Positions 12,321 to 23,125 of a stretch of DNA of 64,000 bases are shown here, piece after piece (position 1 is the first letter of the stretch; each line of letters begins with the position of its first letter). The DNA is from Squalus acanthias. Taxonomy: Eukaryota. The notes below the pieces were generated by a model, which worked only from the letters and a program-made list of their open reading frames with translations, did not search any database and had not been told where the DNA came from. Location: contig JASTWF010000034.1 of the NCBI GenBank assembly GCA_030390025.1, forward strand, positions 3,224,001-3,288,000. The letters are read 5' to 3'. The position numbers were made by a program, and so were the translations under genes.

Positions 12321-12456
12321 TTCCAATGAAAGGTCATCGACCTGAAACGTTAACTCTGTTCCTCTCTCCACAGATGCTGCCTGACCTGCTGAGTATTTCC
12401 AGCATTTTCTGTTTTTACTTCAGATTTCCAGCATCTGCAGTATTTTGCTTTTGTGC
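12321..12456 (+). mobile_element. Short PLE-type 3' tail (family 2) with a degenerate hammerhead
   Basis: ...GAAAGGTCATCGACCTGAAACGTTAACTCTG...CAGTATTTTGCTTTTG, flanked by CCTGCCT repeats inside a 67-bp satellite monomer. Confidence 0.7.
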
Positions 12457-12498
12457 GCCTGCCTGGAATTGTTTGATGGGACAGTACTGAGGTATCGT

Positions 12499-13262
12499 TA
12501 AGAACACAAGAACATCATAAATAGGAGCAGGAGTAGGTCATTTGGTCCGTAGAGCCTGCTCTGCCATTCAATATGATCATGGCTAATCATCTACCTCAGC
12601 TCCACTTTCCTGCACTATCCCCATATCCCTTGATTCTCTCAATATTCAAAAATCTACCGATCTCTGTCTTGAATTTACTCAACGACTTATTCTCCACAGC
12701 CCTCTGAGCTAGAGAATTCCAAAGATTCACCAGCCTCTGAGTGAAGAAATTTCTCCTCATCTCAGTCCGAAATGGCCGACCCCTTATTCTGAGACTGTGA
12801 CCCTTGGTTCTAGACTCCCAATGAGATCCCCTCTCATTCTTCTGAACTCTCGAGAATATAGGCCTAGTCTACTCAATCTCTCCTTATAGGACAATCCCCC
12901 CATCCCAGGATCCAGTCTGTTGAACCTTTGTTGCACTCCCTCTTTGACAATTATATCCTTCCTTAGGTAAGGAGATCAAAACTGTACACAGTACCCCAGG
13001 CGTGGTCTCACCAGGGCCCTATATAATCGCAATAAGATGTCTTAACTTTTATACTCAAATCCTGTTGTAATGAAGGCCATTTGCTCTCCTAATTGCTTGC
13101 TGTACCTGCAGGTTCCCGTTCAGTGATTTTTGTACAAGTACACCCAACTCCCTCTGAACAACAACATTTCCCAACCTCGCACCATTAAAAACGTACTCTG
13201 CTTTTCTATTTTTCCTACCAAAGTGGTTAACTTCACATTTCTCCGCGTTATTTTCCATCCAC
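12499..13262 (-). mobile_element. CR1 LINE 3' fragment
   Basis: RT C-terminal peptides (KCEVNHFGRKN, RELGVLV), 3' stem-loop and short-repeat tail. Confidence 0.9.
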
Positions 13263-15213
13263 ATAATACGTACACGTAAGTTATTAGATTAATCACAATG
13301 CAAACAGACAATCAACAAATATAAAGTTTTGTGGTTCTTTAATTCGCAGTCTTAAAAAGAACTGAACAAAGCGGGTATCCGAATTTTCAACTTCAATCAT
13401 TTCCATTAATAAACGTGGTCCTCTTGAACCAGCACACCACCCATGTAACATGTCAGAAATGCAGCACTTATTCACAAGTGTACAAAAACACCTACACAAA
13501 TTGCCTCAAAGAAATAGAAACAAAACGGAGGAAAAGCTGTGATTTAACAGAAATAAACATTTGTCTTTCTTTCTGGACAGGAGAACCAGTCAGACTGACT
13601 TGGAAATGTTTACTCATATGTTGACGTAAAGATTTATAATTTACCAATTTCGTTTCTAATGTTTTTCTCTCAAACATTCTCCACAATATTAATCCCTGCT
13701 CTTATCACGAAAAGTGTTGAATTATTTTAGGTACTTCGCAATTAAAAGCAGGAAAAAAACTTCATTGTACTGTCAATGTTTAATCTTCTATTTCAAACAT
13801 TCAAACCAAATCGAATTGTAATTTATCAGTTTAATCAAAGTATTTTCTGTGTCTTTCGAAAAAAACAAAGAGTGGTTTCTTCTAAAGTGGCTTCCTGAAA
13901 TTTTATACATCATTACATAACTCTTGTTTCTATTAACACGCCAAAAAATATTTAAGAGGAAATCTATATTTACATTATTCCTGCGATTTGTTCGGACTAT
14001 AGAACGACAGACAAAATAAAATGGTTTGTGTTTGTCCCCTTTTTTGGTTCTCTTCCTAAATGCCTAAATGGTATATTTTAAAACGTCATTAAAAAGTAAT
14101 ATTTAACTCCTACAAATCCTCCCCTTCCCTCCCCCTCCTCAACACCATGGTTGCATGTTTGTGTACAGCTACTCACTTCATCGATCACTCAAAATCAGAT
14201 CTTGAGAAATTTCAAATTTAAAATGTTTTAAGCATTTCAGAGCCTCTTTAAAAGCGTTTGGACTTCAAGACCTGTTTGAAACTTCTTTAGATGAGGGGGA
14301 AATTGGCTTTTGCTTCAGTCTCTTCCGAAATCATATTCGAAATTTAGGGGGGAAAATTGTTTTTAAAAGTCATTTTGTGTGAAAAGTTCATTCAAAATCT
14401 TTAAATTATTTCAAGTCTCTTTGCAGCTTTGACAGAAGAAGTTGCTGCAGGTTTCTCTTTCCCCCTTCAATACTGTCGTTAAACATACGACAAAATAGAA
14501 TAAAATAAAGTCTAGTTCCAAACGGAGCTCAAATCAGAAAATGAATAAAGTGGTTAAACTTCCTCAGAAGGCGGTGAGGTTATCTCTCCCCAGCCTTGGC
14601 GATGAGTTGGGATGAGTTTCTGGAGATGTTGTTTCCTGTTTTTCTGCTGCCGTTCCCTCCGTCTCTCAGACGCTGAGGTACAAACGGGGGCACAAACTTT
14701 TTCACCCCTCTCGCAACATGATTTAAATAACCCTGATAAACTATTTCAAAAATGGGACGAGCCTTGGCAAAAATGAACTGGAACCTACCACGAAACGTTC
14801 ATTATCACTTTCCCATATCTATTTCCGGCTTTAAAGGATTTTCTGAATTATCAAAAAAACAAATTCTCTTATCTTTGTTTCACCGTGGGGCTAATTTTTT
14901 TTTGCTTTCGCCTCCTTCCAGTGGCCCTTGTACCATTGTATACGCGCTGCGCCTCCACCTGTGTTGTTCCAAAGTGCGGCCGCCGCTCAGTCACCCGGAA
15001 CGGACTACGCGCGTCTCCGCTGAAAAAGTACTGAAAGAATCTCGAGACAACGCTCGCCGGGTTCCAGAGCTCTGTATCTCAGCAAATGTTGTTCCAATTC
15101 GGATCGGCTCTGTGAGTTAACAAACGGCTCTGTGAGGATTGGCGGGTCATTGGGTATTGTCCCCTTCGCCCGCTCCAGCTCACTGCGCCGCCTGTGAATT
15201 TCAGTGCACGGGA

Positions 15214-16337
15214 CATAAGAACATAAGAACATAAGAAATAGGAGCATGAGTAGGCCAATCGGCCCCTAGAGCCTGCTCCGCCATTCAATAAGATCATGGC
15301 TGATCTGATCCTAACCTCAAATCTAAAGAACACAAGAAGTAGGAGCAGGACCCGGCCACTCAGCCCCTGGGCCCGCTCTGCCACCCACAGGGCCCTGACC
15401 GATCCGAACTCAGCCTCATGTCCAATTTCCTGCCCGCTCCCCGTAACCCCTAATTCCCTTTACTTCTAGGAAACTGTCTATTTCTGTTTTAAATTTATTT
15501 AATGATGTAGCTTCCACAGCTTCCTAGGGCAGCAGACCTACTACCCTCTGAGTGAAGAAGATTCTCCTCATCTCAGTTTTGAAAGAGCAGCCCCTTATTC
15601 TAAGATTATGCCCCCTAGTTCTTGTTTCACCCATCCTTAGGGAACATGCTTACCGCATCCACCCGATCAAGACCCTTCACAATCTTACATGTTTCAATAA
15701 GATCGCCTCTCATTCTTCTGAACTCCAATGAGTAGAGTCCCAATCTACTCAACCTCTCCTCATATGTCCACCCCCTCATCCCCGGGATTAACCGAGTGAA
15801 CCTTATTTGTACTGCCTCGAGAGCAAGTATGTATTTTCTTAAATATGGACACCAAAACTGTATGCAGTATTCCAGGTGCTGTCTCACCAATACCTTATAT
15901 AACTGCAGCAATACCTCCCTGTTTTTATAATCTATCCCCCTAGCAATAAAAGCCAACATTCCGTTGGCCTTCTTGATCACCTGCTGCACCTGCATACTAA
16001 GTTTTTGATTTTCCTGCACTAGGACCCCCAGATCCCTTTGTACTTTCCAGTTTCTCGCCGTTAAGATAATAACTTGCTCTCTGATTTTTCCTGCCAAAGT
16101 GCAAAAGCTCACATTTTCCAATATTGTATTGCATCTGCCAAATCTCCGCCCACTCACCCAGCCTGTCTATATCCCCTTGTAGGTTTTTTATGTCCTCCTC
16201 ACTTTCTACTTTCCCTCGCATCTTTGTATCATCTGCAAACTTTGATATGTTATACGCGGTCCCCTCCTCCAAATCGTTAATATAGATTGTAAAGAGTTGG
16301 GGACTCAGCACCGACCACTGTGGAACACGACTGGGAC
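15214..16337 (-). mobile_element. CR1 LINE 3' fragment with a doubled 3' terminal motif
   Basis: KFADDTK RT motif, HLEYCIQFWCPY, (TTCTTATG)n tail; GGGAC on both sides as a possible TSD. Confidence 0.92.
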
Positions 16338-16380
16338 CTTACAGATCTCCACGCACCCACACACCTTCCAGGGAACATTG

Positions 16381-16540
16381 CTCAGCAGGTCAGGCAGCAT
16401 CTGTGGAGAGAGAAACAGAGTTAATGTTTCAGGTCGATGGTCTTTCATCAGAACTGTAAAATGTTACAGCTGTAACAGATTTTAAGCAAGTACAGAGGCA
16501 GGGAAAGGGGGGAATCGAGGAAAGAACAAAAGGGAAGTTC
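16381..16540 (-). mobile_element. PLE-type 3' tail (family 2), hammerhead motif at 16419-16455
   Basis: Minus strand AGTT CTGATGA AAGACCATCGACCT GAAA CATT AACT followed by the shared tail. Confidence 0.7.
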
Positions 16541-16663
16541 AATGCTGTACCTGCCCTGGGTGTATTTGGTGGGATTGCGTAGCGGGAGCTTTACTCGTGC
16601 TGTACTTGCCATGGGACAATTTGAGGGCACAGTGTAGAGGGAGATTTACCCTATGACTAACAG

Positions 16664-17983
16664 GTGCTGCAAAATGAGAGATTACAAAATGCTGAAGTAC
16701 AGAGGGATCTGAGGGTCCTTGTACATGAATCACAAAAAGTTAGCATGCAGGAACACTCCAGCGCAAGTACAGCATGGGTTAGATACAGATTAAAGCTCCC
16801 TCTGCACTGCCCGTCAAACACTCCAAGCGCAGATATAGCACCGTTTAGATACAGCGTAAAGCTCCAGCTACACTGTCCCCCAACGCTGTACACCAGATAC
16901 ATCGACGACATTTTCTTCCTTTGGACCCATGGCGAAGGATCACTGAAAAGACTACACGATAACATAAACAAGTTCCATCCCACCATCAAACTCACCATGG
17001 ACTACTCCTCAGAATCGGTCTCATTCCTGGACACACGAATCTCCATCAAAGACGGACACCTCAGCACTTCACTCTACCGCAAGCCCACGGACAACCTCAC
17101 GATGCTCCACTTCTCCAGCTTCCACCCTAACCATGTTAAAGAAGCCATCCCCTATGGACAAGCCCTGCGAATACACAGGATCTGCTCAGACGAGGAGGAA
17201 CGCGATGGACACCTACGGACGCTGAAAAACGCCCTCGTAAGAACGGGATATGACGCTCGACTCATCGATCGACAGTTCCGACGGGCCACAGCGAAAAATC
17301 GCATAGACCTCCTCAGAAGGCAAACACGGGACACAACCAACAGGGTACCCTACGTCGTCCAGTACTTCCCCGGAGCGGAGAAACTACGCCATGTTCTTCG
17401 CAGCCTTCAACATGTCATCGATGACGACAAACACCTCGCTAAGGCCATCCCCACGCCTCCACTACTTGCCTTCAAACAGCCGCCTAACCTCAGAAGTACC
17501 ATCGTTCGCAGCAAATTACCCAGCTTTCAGGATAACAGCGACCACGACACCACACAACCCTGCCATGGCAAACTCTGCAAGACATGCCAGATCATCAACA
17601 CAGATACCACCATCACACGTGAGGACACTACCCACCAGGTACATGGTACATACTCATGTGACTCGGCCAACGTTGTCTACCTCATACGTTGCAGGAAAGA
17701 ATGCACCGCGGCATGGTACATCGGCGAGACCATGCAGACACTAAGACAACGTATGAACGAGCACCGCGCAACAATCGCCAGGCAGGATTGTTACCTCCCA
17801 GTTGGGGAACACTTCAGCAGTCAAGGACATTCAGTCTCGGATCTGCGGGTAAGCGTTCTCCAAGGCAACCTTAGAAACACACGACAACGCAAAATCATCG
17901 AGCAGAAACTGATAGCCAAGTTCCGCACTCATGAAGACGGTCTCAATCGGGATCTTGGGTTTATGTCACGATACATGACGTGA
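16664..17983 (+). CDS. Chimeric open frame: CR1 fragment + satellite + PLE RT C-terminus/GIY-YIG endonuclease
   Basis: 439 codons without a stop, first in-frame ATG at 16745; the PLE part starts at ~16879. Expression unknown. Confidence 0.5.
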   Translation: MLQNERLQNAEVQRDLRVLVHESQKVSMQEHSSASTAWVRYRLKLPLHCPSNTPSADIAPFRYSVKLQLHCPPTLYTRYIDDIFFLWTHGEGSLKRLHDNINKFHPTIKLTMDYSSESVSFLDTRISIKDGHLSTSLYRKPTDNLTMLHFSSFHPNHVKEAIPYGQALRIHRICSDEEERDGHLRTLKNALVRTGYDARLIDRQFRRATAKNRIDLLRRQTRDTTNRVPYVVQYFPGAEKLRHVLRSLQHVIDDDKHLAKAIPTPPLLAFKQPPNLRSTIVRSKLPSFQDNSDHDTTQPCHGKLCKTCQIINTDTTITREDTTHQVHGTYSCDSANVVYLIRCRKECTAAWYIGETMQTLRQRMNEHRATIARQDCYLPVGEHFSSQGHSVSDLRVSVLQGNLRNTRQRKIIEQKLIAKFRTHEDGLNRDLGFMSRYMT

Positions 17984-18446
17984 TCCGGACTCGAGTCGTC
18001 GTTAGCTTGTTCACAGATGTGATTCCCAGTAAAAAAGTAAAAATTTTCCCAGTAAAAAAGTAAAAATTTTAAAGCTTTTCGTTTTACATACAGACGGCAG
18101 CTTTTGACACGTTAGAACCCCTGCGACTACACCTCATTGTCTCAGTTGTATCTTGCTATGTCTTTGATGTGGTACCTTCCTGGCTGACTTAATTAACTTT
18201 ATCACACCTCGGCAGATAGTCAGGATGATTTAATTTAGTGGTCTGCAATTGTAAGGTACACATGCTTTGTTTTCTATCTATATATGCTTTGGCGATTCTG
18301 TATCTAATTTACTTCACCTGAGGAAGGAGCAATCGATAGCTCCGAAAGCTTGTGATTTCAAATAAAACTGTTGGACTATAACCTGGTGTTGTGCGACCTC
18401 TCAATTTTGTCCACCCCAGTCCAACACCGGCATCTCCGCATCATGA
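16879..18446 (+). mobile_element. Penelope-like retroelement (family 1), 5'-truncated within RT, with complete GIY-YIG endonuclease and 3' UTR/pLTR
   Basis: YTRYIDDIFFLW, FLDTRI, LYRKPTD, CX3CXXC linker, VVYLIRC...WYIGET...RMNEHR; 3' UTR carries a hammerhead and AATAAA; the empty site is visible in the paralog at ~22075-22100. Confidence 0.95.
18314..18355 (+). ncRNA. Minimal type I hammerhead ribozyme motif (PLE family 1)
   Basis: TCAC CTGAGGA A GGAGC-AATCGATA-GCTCC GAAA GCTT GTGA: conserved core, stem I TCAC/GTGA, stem II, palindromic AAGCTT stem III. Confidence 0.85.
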
Positions 18447-18567
18447 CCCTCAAACATTCCCAGGGCAGTTAAAGCACGAATTGTGTTAAAGTTCCCTCAC
18501 ACAGGGATACTGGTTACAGAGTTCGACTCCACACCAGCAGAGACACACGCTGTACACAGGGACACAA

Positions 18568-19502
18568 GTTTGCTCACGACACAAAGCTAGAAAAGACTGT
18601 GAGTTGTGAGGAGGATGCAATGAGGCTTCAAGGCGATTTAGTCAAGTTGGGTGAGTGGGCAAATACACGGTAGATGCAGTATAACGTGGATAAATGTGAA
18701 GTTATCCACTTCGATAGGAAAAAGAGAAAGGCAGAGTATTATTGAAATGGTGATAGATTGGGAAATGTTGATGTACAAAGGGACCTGGGTGTCCTTGTAT
18801 ACCAGTCACTGAAAGCAAACATGCTGGTGCAGCAAGCAGTTAGGAAGGCAAATGGTATGTTGCCCTTCATTGCAAGAGAATTTGAGAACAGGAGCAAGGA
18901 TGTCTTACTACAGACATACAGAGCCTTGGTGAGACCACACCTGGAGTACTGTGTGCAGTTTTGGTCACCTTAACTTGGAAAGGATATACTTGCCATGGAT
19001 GGAAGGGCAGCGAAGGTTCACCAGACTGATTCCTCGGATGGCAGGACTGTCGCACGAGGAGAAATTGGGTCGACGAGCTCTATATTCACTACAATTTAGA
19101 AGAATGAGAGGGGATCTCATTAAAACGTATACATTTCTGACAGGGCTAGACAGACTGGATGCAGGGAGGATGTTTCCCCTGGCTTGGAGGTACAGACCGA
19201 GGGGTCACAGTCTCAGGATACGGGGTAGGACATCTAGGACTGAAATGAGGAGACATTTTTTTCACTCAGAGGGTGGTGAACCTCTAGAATTCTCTACCAG
19301 AGAAGGCTGTGGAGGCCCATTCAGTGAATATATTTAAGAAGGAGGTAGATAGATTTTTAGACACAAAGGGCATCAAGAGGTATGGAGAGAGAGCGGGAAT
19401 ATGGTATTGAGATAGAGGATCAGCCATGATCGTTTTGAATTGCGGAGCAGGCTCGAAGGGCCGAAGGGCCTACTCCTGCTCCCATTTTTCTATGTTTCTA
19501 AA
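18568..19502 (+). mobile_element. CR1 LINE 3' fragment (duplicate of 22203-23125)
   Basis: [25 protein letters not shown]-like motifs, 3' stem-loop and tail. Confidence 0.92.
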
Positions 19503-19760
19503 TGTTTCAGAGTCCGACTCCACACCAGCAGAGACACAGACTGTAAACAAGGACATATTTTACAGAGTCCGACTCCACACCAGCAGAGACTCAGACTGTA
19601 CACAGGGACACTTGTTACAGGATCCGACTCCACACTGGGAGAGACACACATTGAATGCAGGCACAATTGTTACAGAGTCCGACTCCACAGTGGGAGAGAC
19701 ACACTGTACACAGGATCACTTGTTACAGAGTCCTACACCACAGCAGCAGAGACACATTAA
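19503..19760 (+). repeat. ~53-bp minisatellite (TTGTTACAGAGTCCGACTCCACAC...); paralog at 23126-23325
   Basis: About five tandem copies of ACAGAGTCCGACTCCACA. Confidence 0.8.
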
Positions 19761-19879
19761 CCTGTATCTCACAATGCTGTACCGACCCAGTGAGTATTTG
19801 ATGGGACAGTGTAGAGACAGCTTTAAATTGTATCTAACCAGTGCTGTACCTGCCAGCAGCTTTTTGAAGTGAAATTTCA

Positions 19880-20118
19880 GAGTGATCTGCTCAAACCTTT
19901 ATCTATGCCTTTGTTTCTCCTAATTCGCACAAAGTCCCTTTCACCCATCACCCCTGTGCTCGCTGACCGACATTGGCTCCCGGCCTGGCAACGCTGCAAT
20001 TTTATTATTCGCCTTGCCCCTCCCTATCGCTGTAACCTCCTCCGTCCCTACAGCCCTTTGAGATCTCTGCGCTCCTCCAATACTGGGCGCTTGCGAATCC
20101 CCGAATTTAATCGCTCCG
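19880..20118 (+). mobile_element. L2-clade LINE 3' fragment; paralog at 23440-23688
   Basis: SPITPVLADRHWLP...APPY...LRSLRSS matches the L2 ORF2 C-terminal HITPxLxxLHWLP motif. Confidence 0.7.
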
Positions 20119-21809
20119 TATTTTTATCTTTAGTTCTCCATCTTTCTCTTTACCTATCCATCCATCGCTCCTTTAATTTCTTTCTGCATCGTAATCTCTC
20201 CATAACTCTTTCTACCTCTGCAAAGATATCATACTGATTCTGAGCCACAAATGCAATCTTTTAAGACGTAAAAATTGTCACAGAAATGTGACTTATTGTT
20301 GTTAATTTACAATTCACAAATATAAACAAAATTTGCGTCACTTAATTATAAACACAAAGCATGAAAAGCTATGACTGAACAGAAATAATCATCTGTCTTT
20401 CTTCCTGGACAGCAGAACCAGTCAGACTGACTTGGAGATGTTTATTCATATGTTAAATTAAAGATTTATAATTTACCTATTTCGCTTCTAATGTTTTTCT
20501 CTCAAACATTCTCCAAAATATTAATCCCTGCTCTTATCATGAAAAGTGTTGAATTATTTTAGGTACTTCCCCACGAAAAGCGGGAAACAAACAAACAAAC
20601 TTCATTGTTCTCTCAATTTTTAATCTCCTATTTCAAACATTCAATCCAAATTAAATTGTACGTTATCAGTTTAATCAACGTATTTTCCGTGTCTTTCTCA
20701 ATTAACAAAGAGTGCTTTCTTCTAAAGTAGGTTCCTGCAATTCTTATACTTCATTACATAAATCTTGTTTCTATTAACATCCCCGATTTTAAACGCTCAC
20801 TATTTTTATCTTTAGATCTCCATCTTAAAATATATCCAAAATCCATCTCCAACATACACACACACACACACAAACACCAAAATATACAGACTTTAATCTG
20901 TATCTTTATACAGTACACACAGCGGGTAAAAGGTAACAATTCACTCCCGCCTTGTACTGTCCGGCACACTCGGCTGCACAGTACCAGGCGGGAGTGAGTC
21001 ATCCTGTTTTGGAAGTTTTTTTATTCCAGATTTATTTTATTTCAAAAGAACAGAATTCAAATTCACAACAGCCCAGGGAGGGATTTGAACTCCTGTTTTC
21101 TATATTGTTTGCCCAGGCCTCCAGAATGACATCACCCCGAAACTATCAGCCTGGAGAATGGTTAATCTGTGAACCAACCTTCCTTCGGCCCCTGTCTGGG
21201 GTCTCAGGTTTCTGTATTACCCCCATCTCTAGTTCCTTCATGTGTTTGAAGAGTTTGAAGTTAGTCAGACACGATCAGATTCTCACCTTATACAAACAAA
21301 CAAAATCCGCTTCTCCTTTCAACAATCCTATTTCCTGCTAATGCAAAGATCTCACATAGTTCCACAATGCAGGAATGTCTGAAACATTCTGTGTATCAAT
21401 ATCATAGTCAATTTTAAACACTCAAATATCGTGAAACCTGATATAGCCAACAGATTCCGAGCCCTAAGCTTAAGATATAAAAAATGTCACAGAAATGTGT
21501 TGTTATTGAATCAGTCATGCTGAAATATTTCAGGGTACTTTTCAATCAAGACACAAATCAGAGCGGAAACAGAGAGAGAGGGAGAGAGAAAAAAAGAAAG
21601 GTGCACAGGGAGAAGGAGATAATTAGGGATAGAGGTAGCGTGTTGGCAGAATAGACGAAGAGAGAGCGAGAGATGGGGAGATGGACAGCAGCAGAGAGGG
21701 GAAGGAGCGAAAGAGAGAGAGAGAGGAATAGACATTGAGAGAGAGAGAAAGAGAGAGGGAGCGAAATGGAGAGAGAGAGAGAGGGAGCGACATGGAGAGA
21801 GGGAGGGAG

Positions 21810-22115
21810 TGAGACACTCAAACACTCCCAGGGCAGGTACAGCACGGGTTAGCTACAGATTGAAGCTCCCTCTTCACTGTCCCATCAAACACTCCCAGGA
21901 CAGGTACGGCACAATTTAGACACCCTGTAAAGGTCCCTCTACACTGTCGCATCAAACAGTCCCAGGGCAGGTACATCACGGGTTAGATACAGAAAAAAGA
22001 TCCCTCTGCACTGTTCCATCAAACACTCTCAGGGCAGGTACAGCACCGTTTAGATACAGCGTAAATCTCCAGTGACACTGTCCCCTCAAACATTCCCAGG
22101 GCAGTTAAAGCACGA
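21810..22115 (+). repeat. 67-bp satellite, short diverged array (also 16753-16878 and 26230-26570)
   Basis: CCCTCTACACTGTCCCATCAAACACTCCCAGGGCAGGTACAGCACGGGTTAGATACAGAGTAAAGCT monomers, preceded by GA-rich low-complexity sequence. Confidence 0.9.
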
Positions 22116-22202
22116 ATTGTTTTAAATTTCCCTCACACAGGGACACTGGTTACAGAGTTCGACTCCACACCAGCAGAGACACACGCTGTTCACAGGGACA
22201 CA

Positions 22203-23125
22203 AGCTTGCTGACGACACCAAACCAGGTGGGATTGTGAGTTCTGATGAGGATGCAAAGAGGCTTCAAAGCGATTTAGACAAGTTGGGTGTGTGGGCAAAT
22301 ACATGGCAGTTGCAGTATAACGTGGATAAATGTGAAGTTATCCGCTTCGGTAGGAAAAAGAGAAAGGCAGGGTATTATTGAAATGGTGATAGATTGGGAA
22401 ATGTTGATGTACAAATGGAGCTGGGTGTCCTTGTACACCAGTCACTGAAAGCAGACATGCAGGTGCAGCAAGCAGTTAGGAAGGCAAATGGTATGTTGGT
22501 GTTCATTGCAAGACGATTTGAGTACAGGAGCAAGGATGTCATACTACAATTATACAGGGCCTTGGTGAGGCCACACCTGGAGTACTGTGTGCAGTTTTGG
22601 TCTCCTTACCTAGGAAAGGATATACTTGCCATAGAGGGAGTGCAGCGAAGGTTCACCAGACTGATTCCTGGGATGGCAGAGGTGTCGTATGAGGAGAAAT
22701 TGTTTCGATTAGGCCTGTATTCACTAGAGGTTAGAAGAATGAGAGGGGATCTCATTAAAACGTATACATTTCTGACAGGGCTAGACAGACTGGATGCAGG
22801 GAGGATGTTTCCCCTGGCTGGGGGGTCTAGAACGAGGGGTCACAGACTCAGGAGACGGGGTAGGACATTTAGGACTAAAAGAGGAGAAATTTCTTGACTC
22901 AGAGGGTGGTGAACGTTTGGAATTCTCTACCACAGAAGGCTTTGGAGGCCCAATCACTGAATATATTTAAGAAGGAGCTAGATGGAGTTCTAGACACAAA
23001 AGTCATCAAAGGGTATGGGGAGAGAGCGGGGATATGGTATTGAGATAGAGCAGCAGCCATGATCATATTGAATGGTTGAGCAGGCTCGAATGGCCTACTC
23101 CTGCTCCTATTTTTCTATGTTTCTA
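22203..23125 (+). mobile_element. CR1 LINE 3' fragment
   Basis: ORF 22394-22897 encodes the CR1 RT C-terminus; 3' tail present. Confidence 0.92.

Noticed and set aside
21511..21845. Ser/Leu-rich ORFs (also 25890-26305)
   Set aside because: Translations of GA/TC low-complexity tracts.
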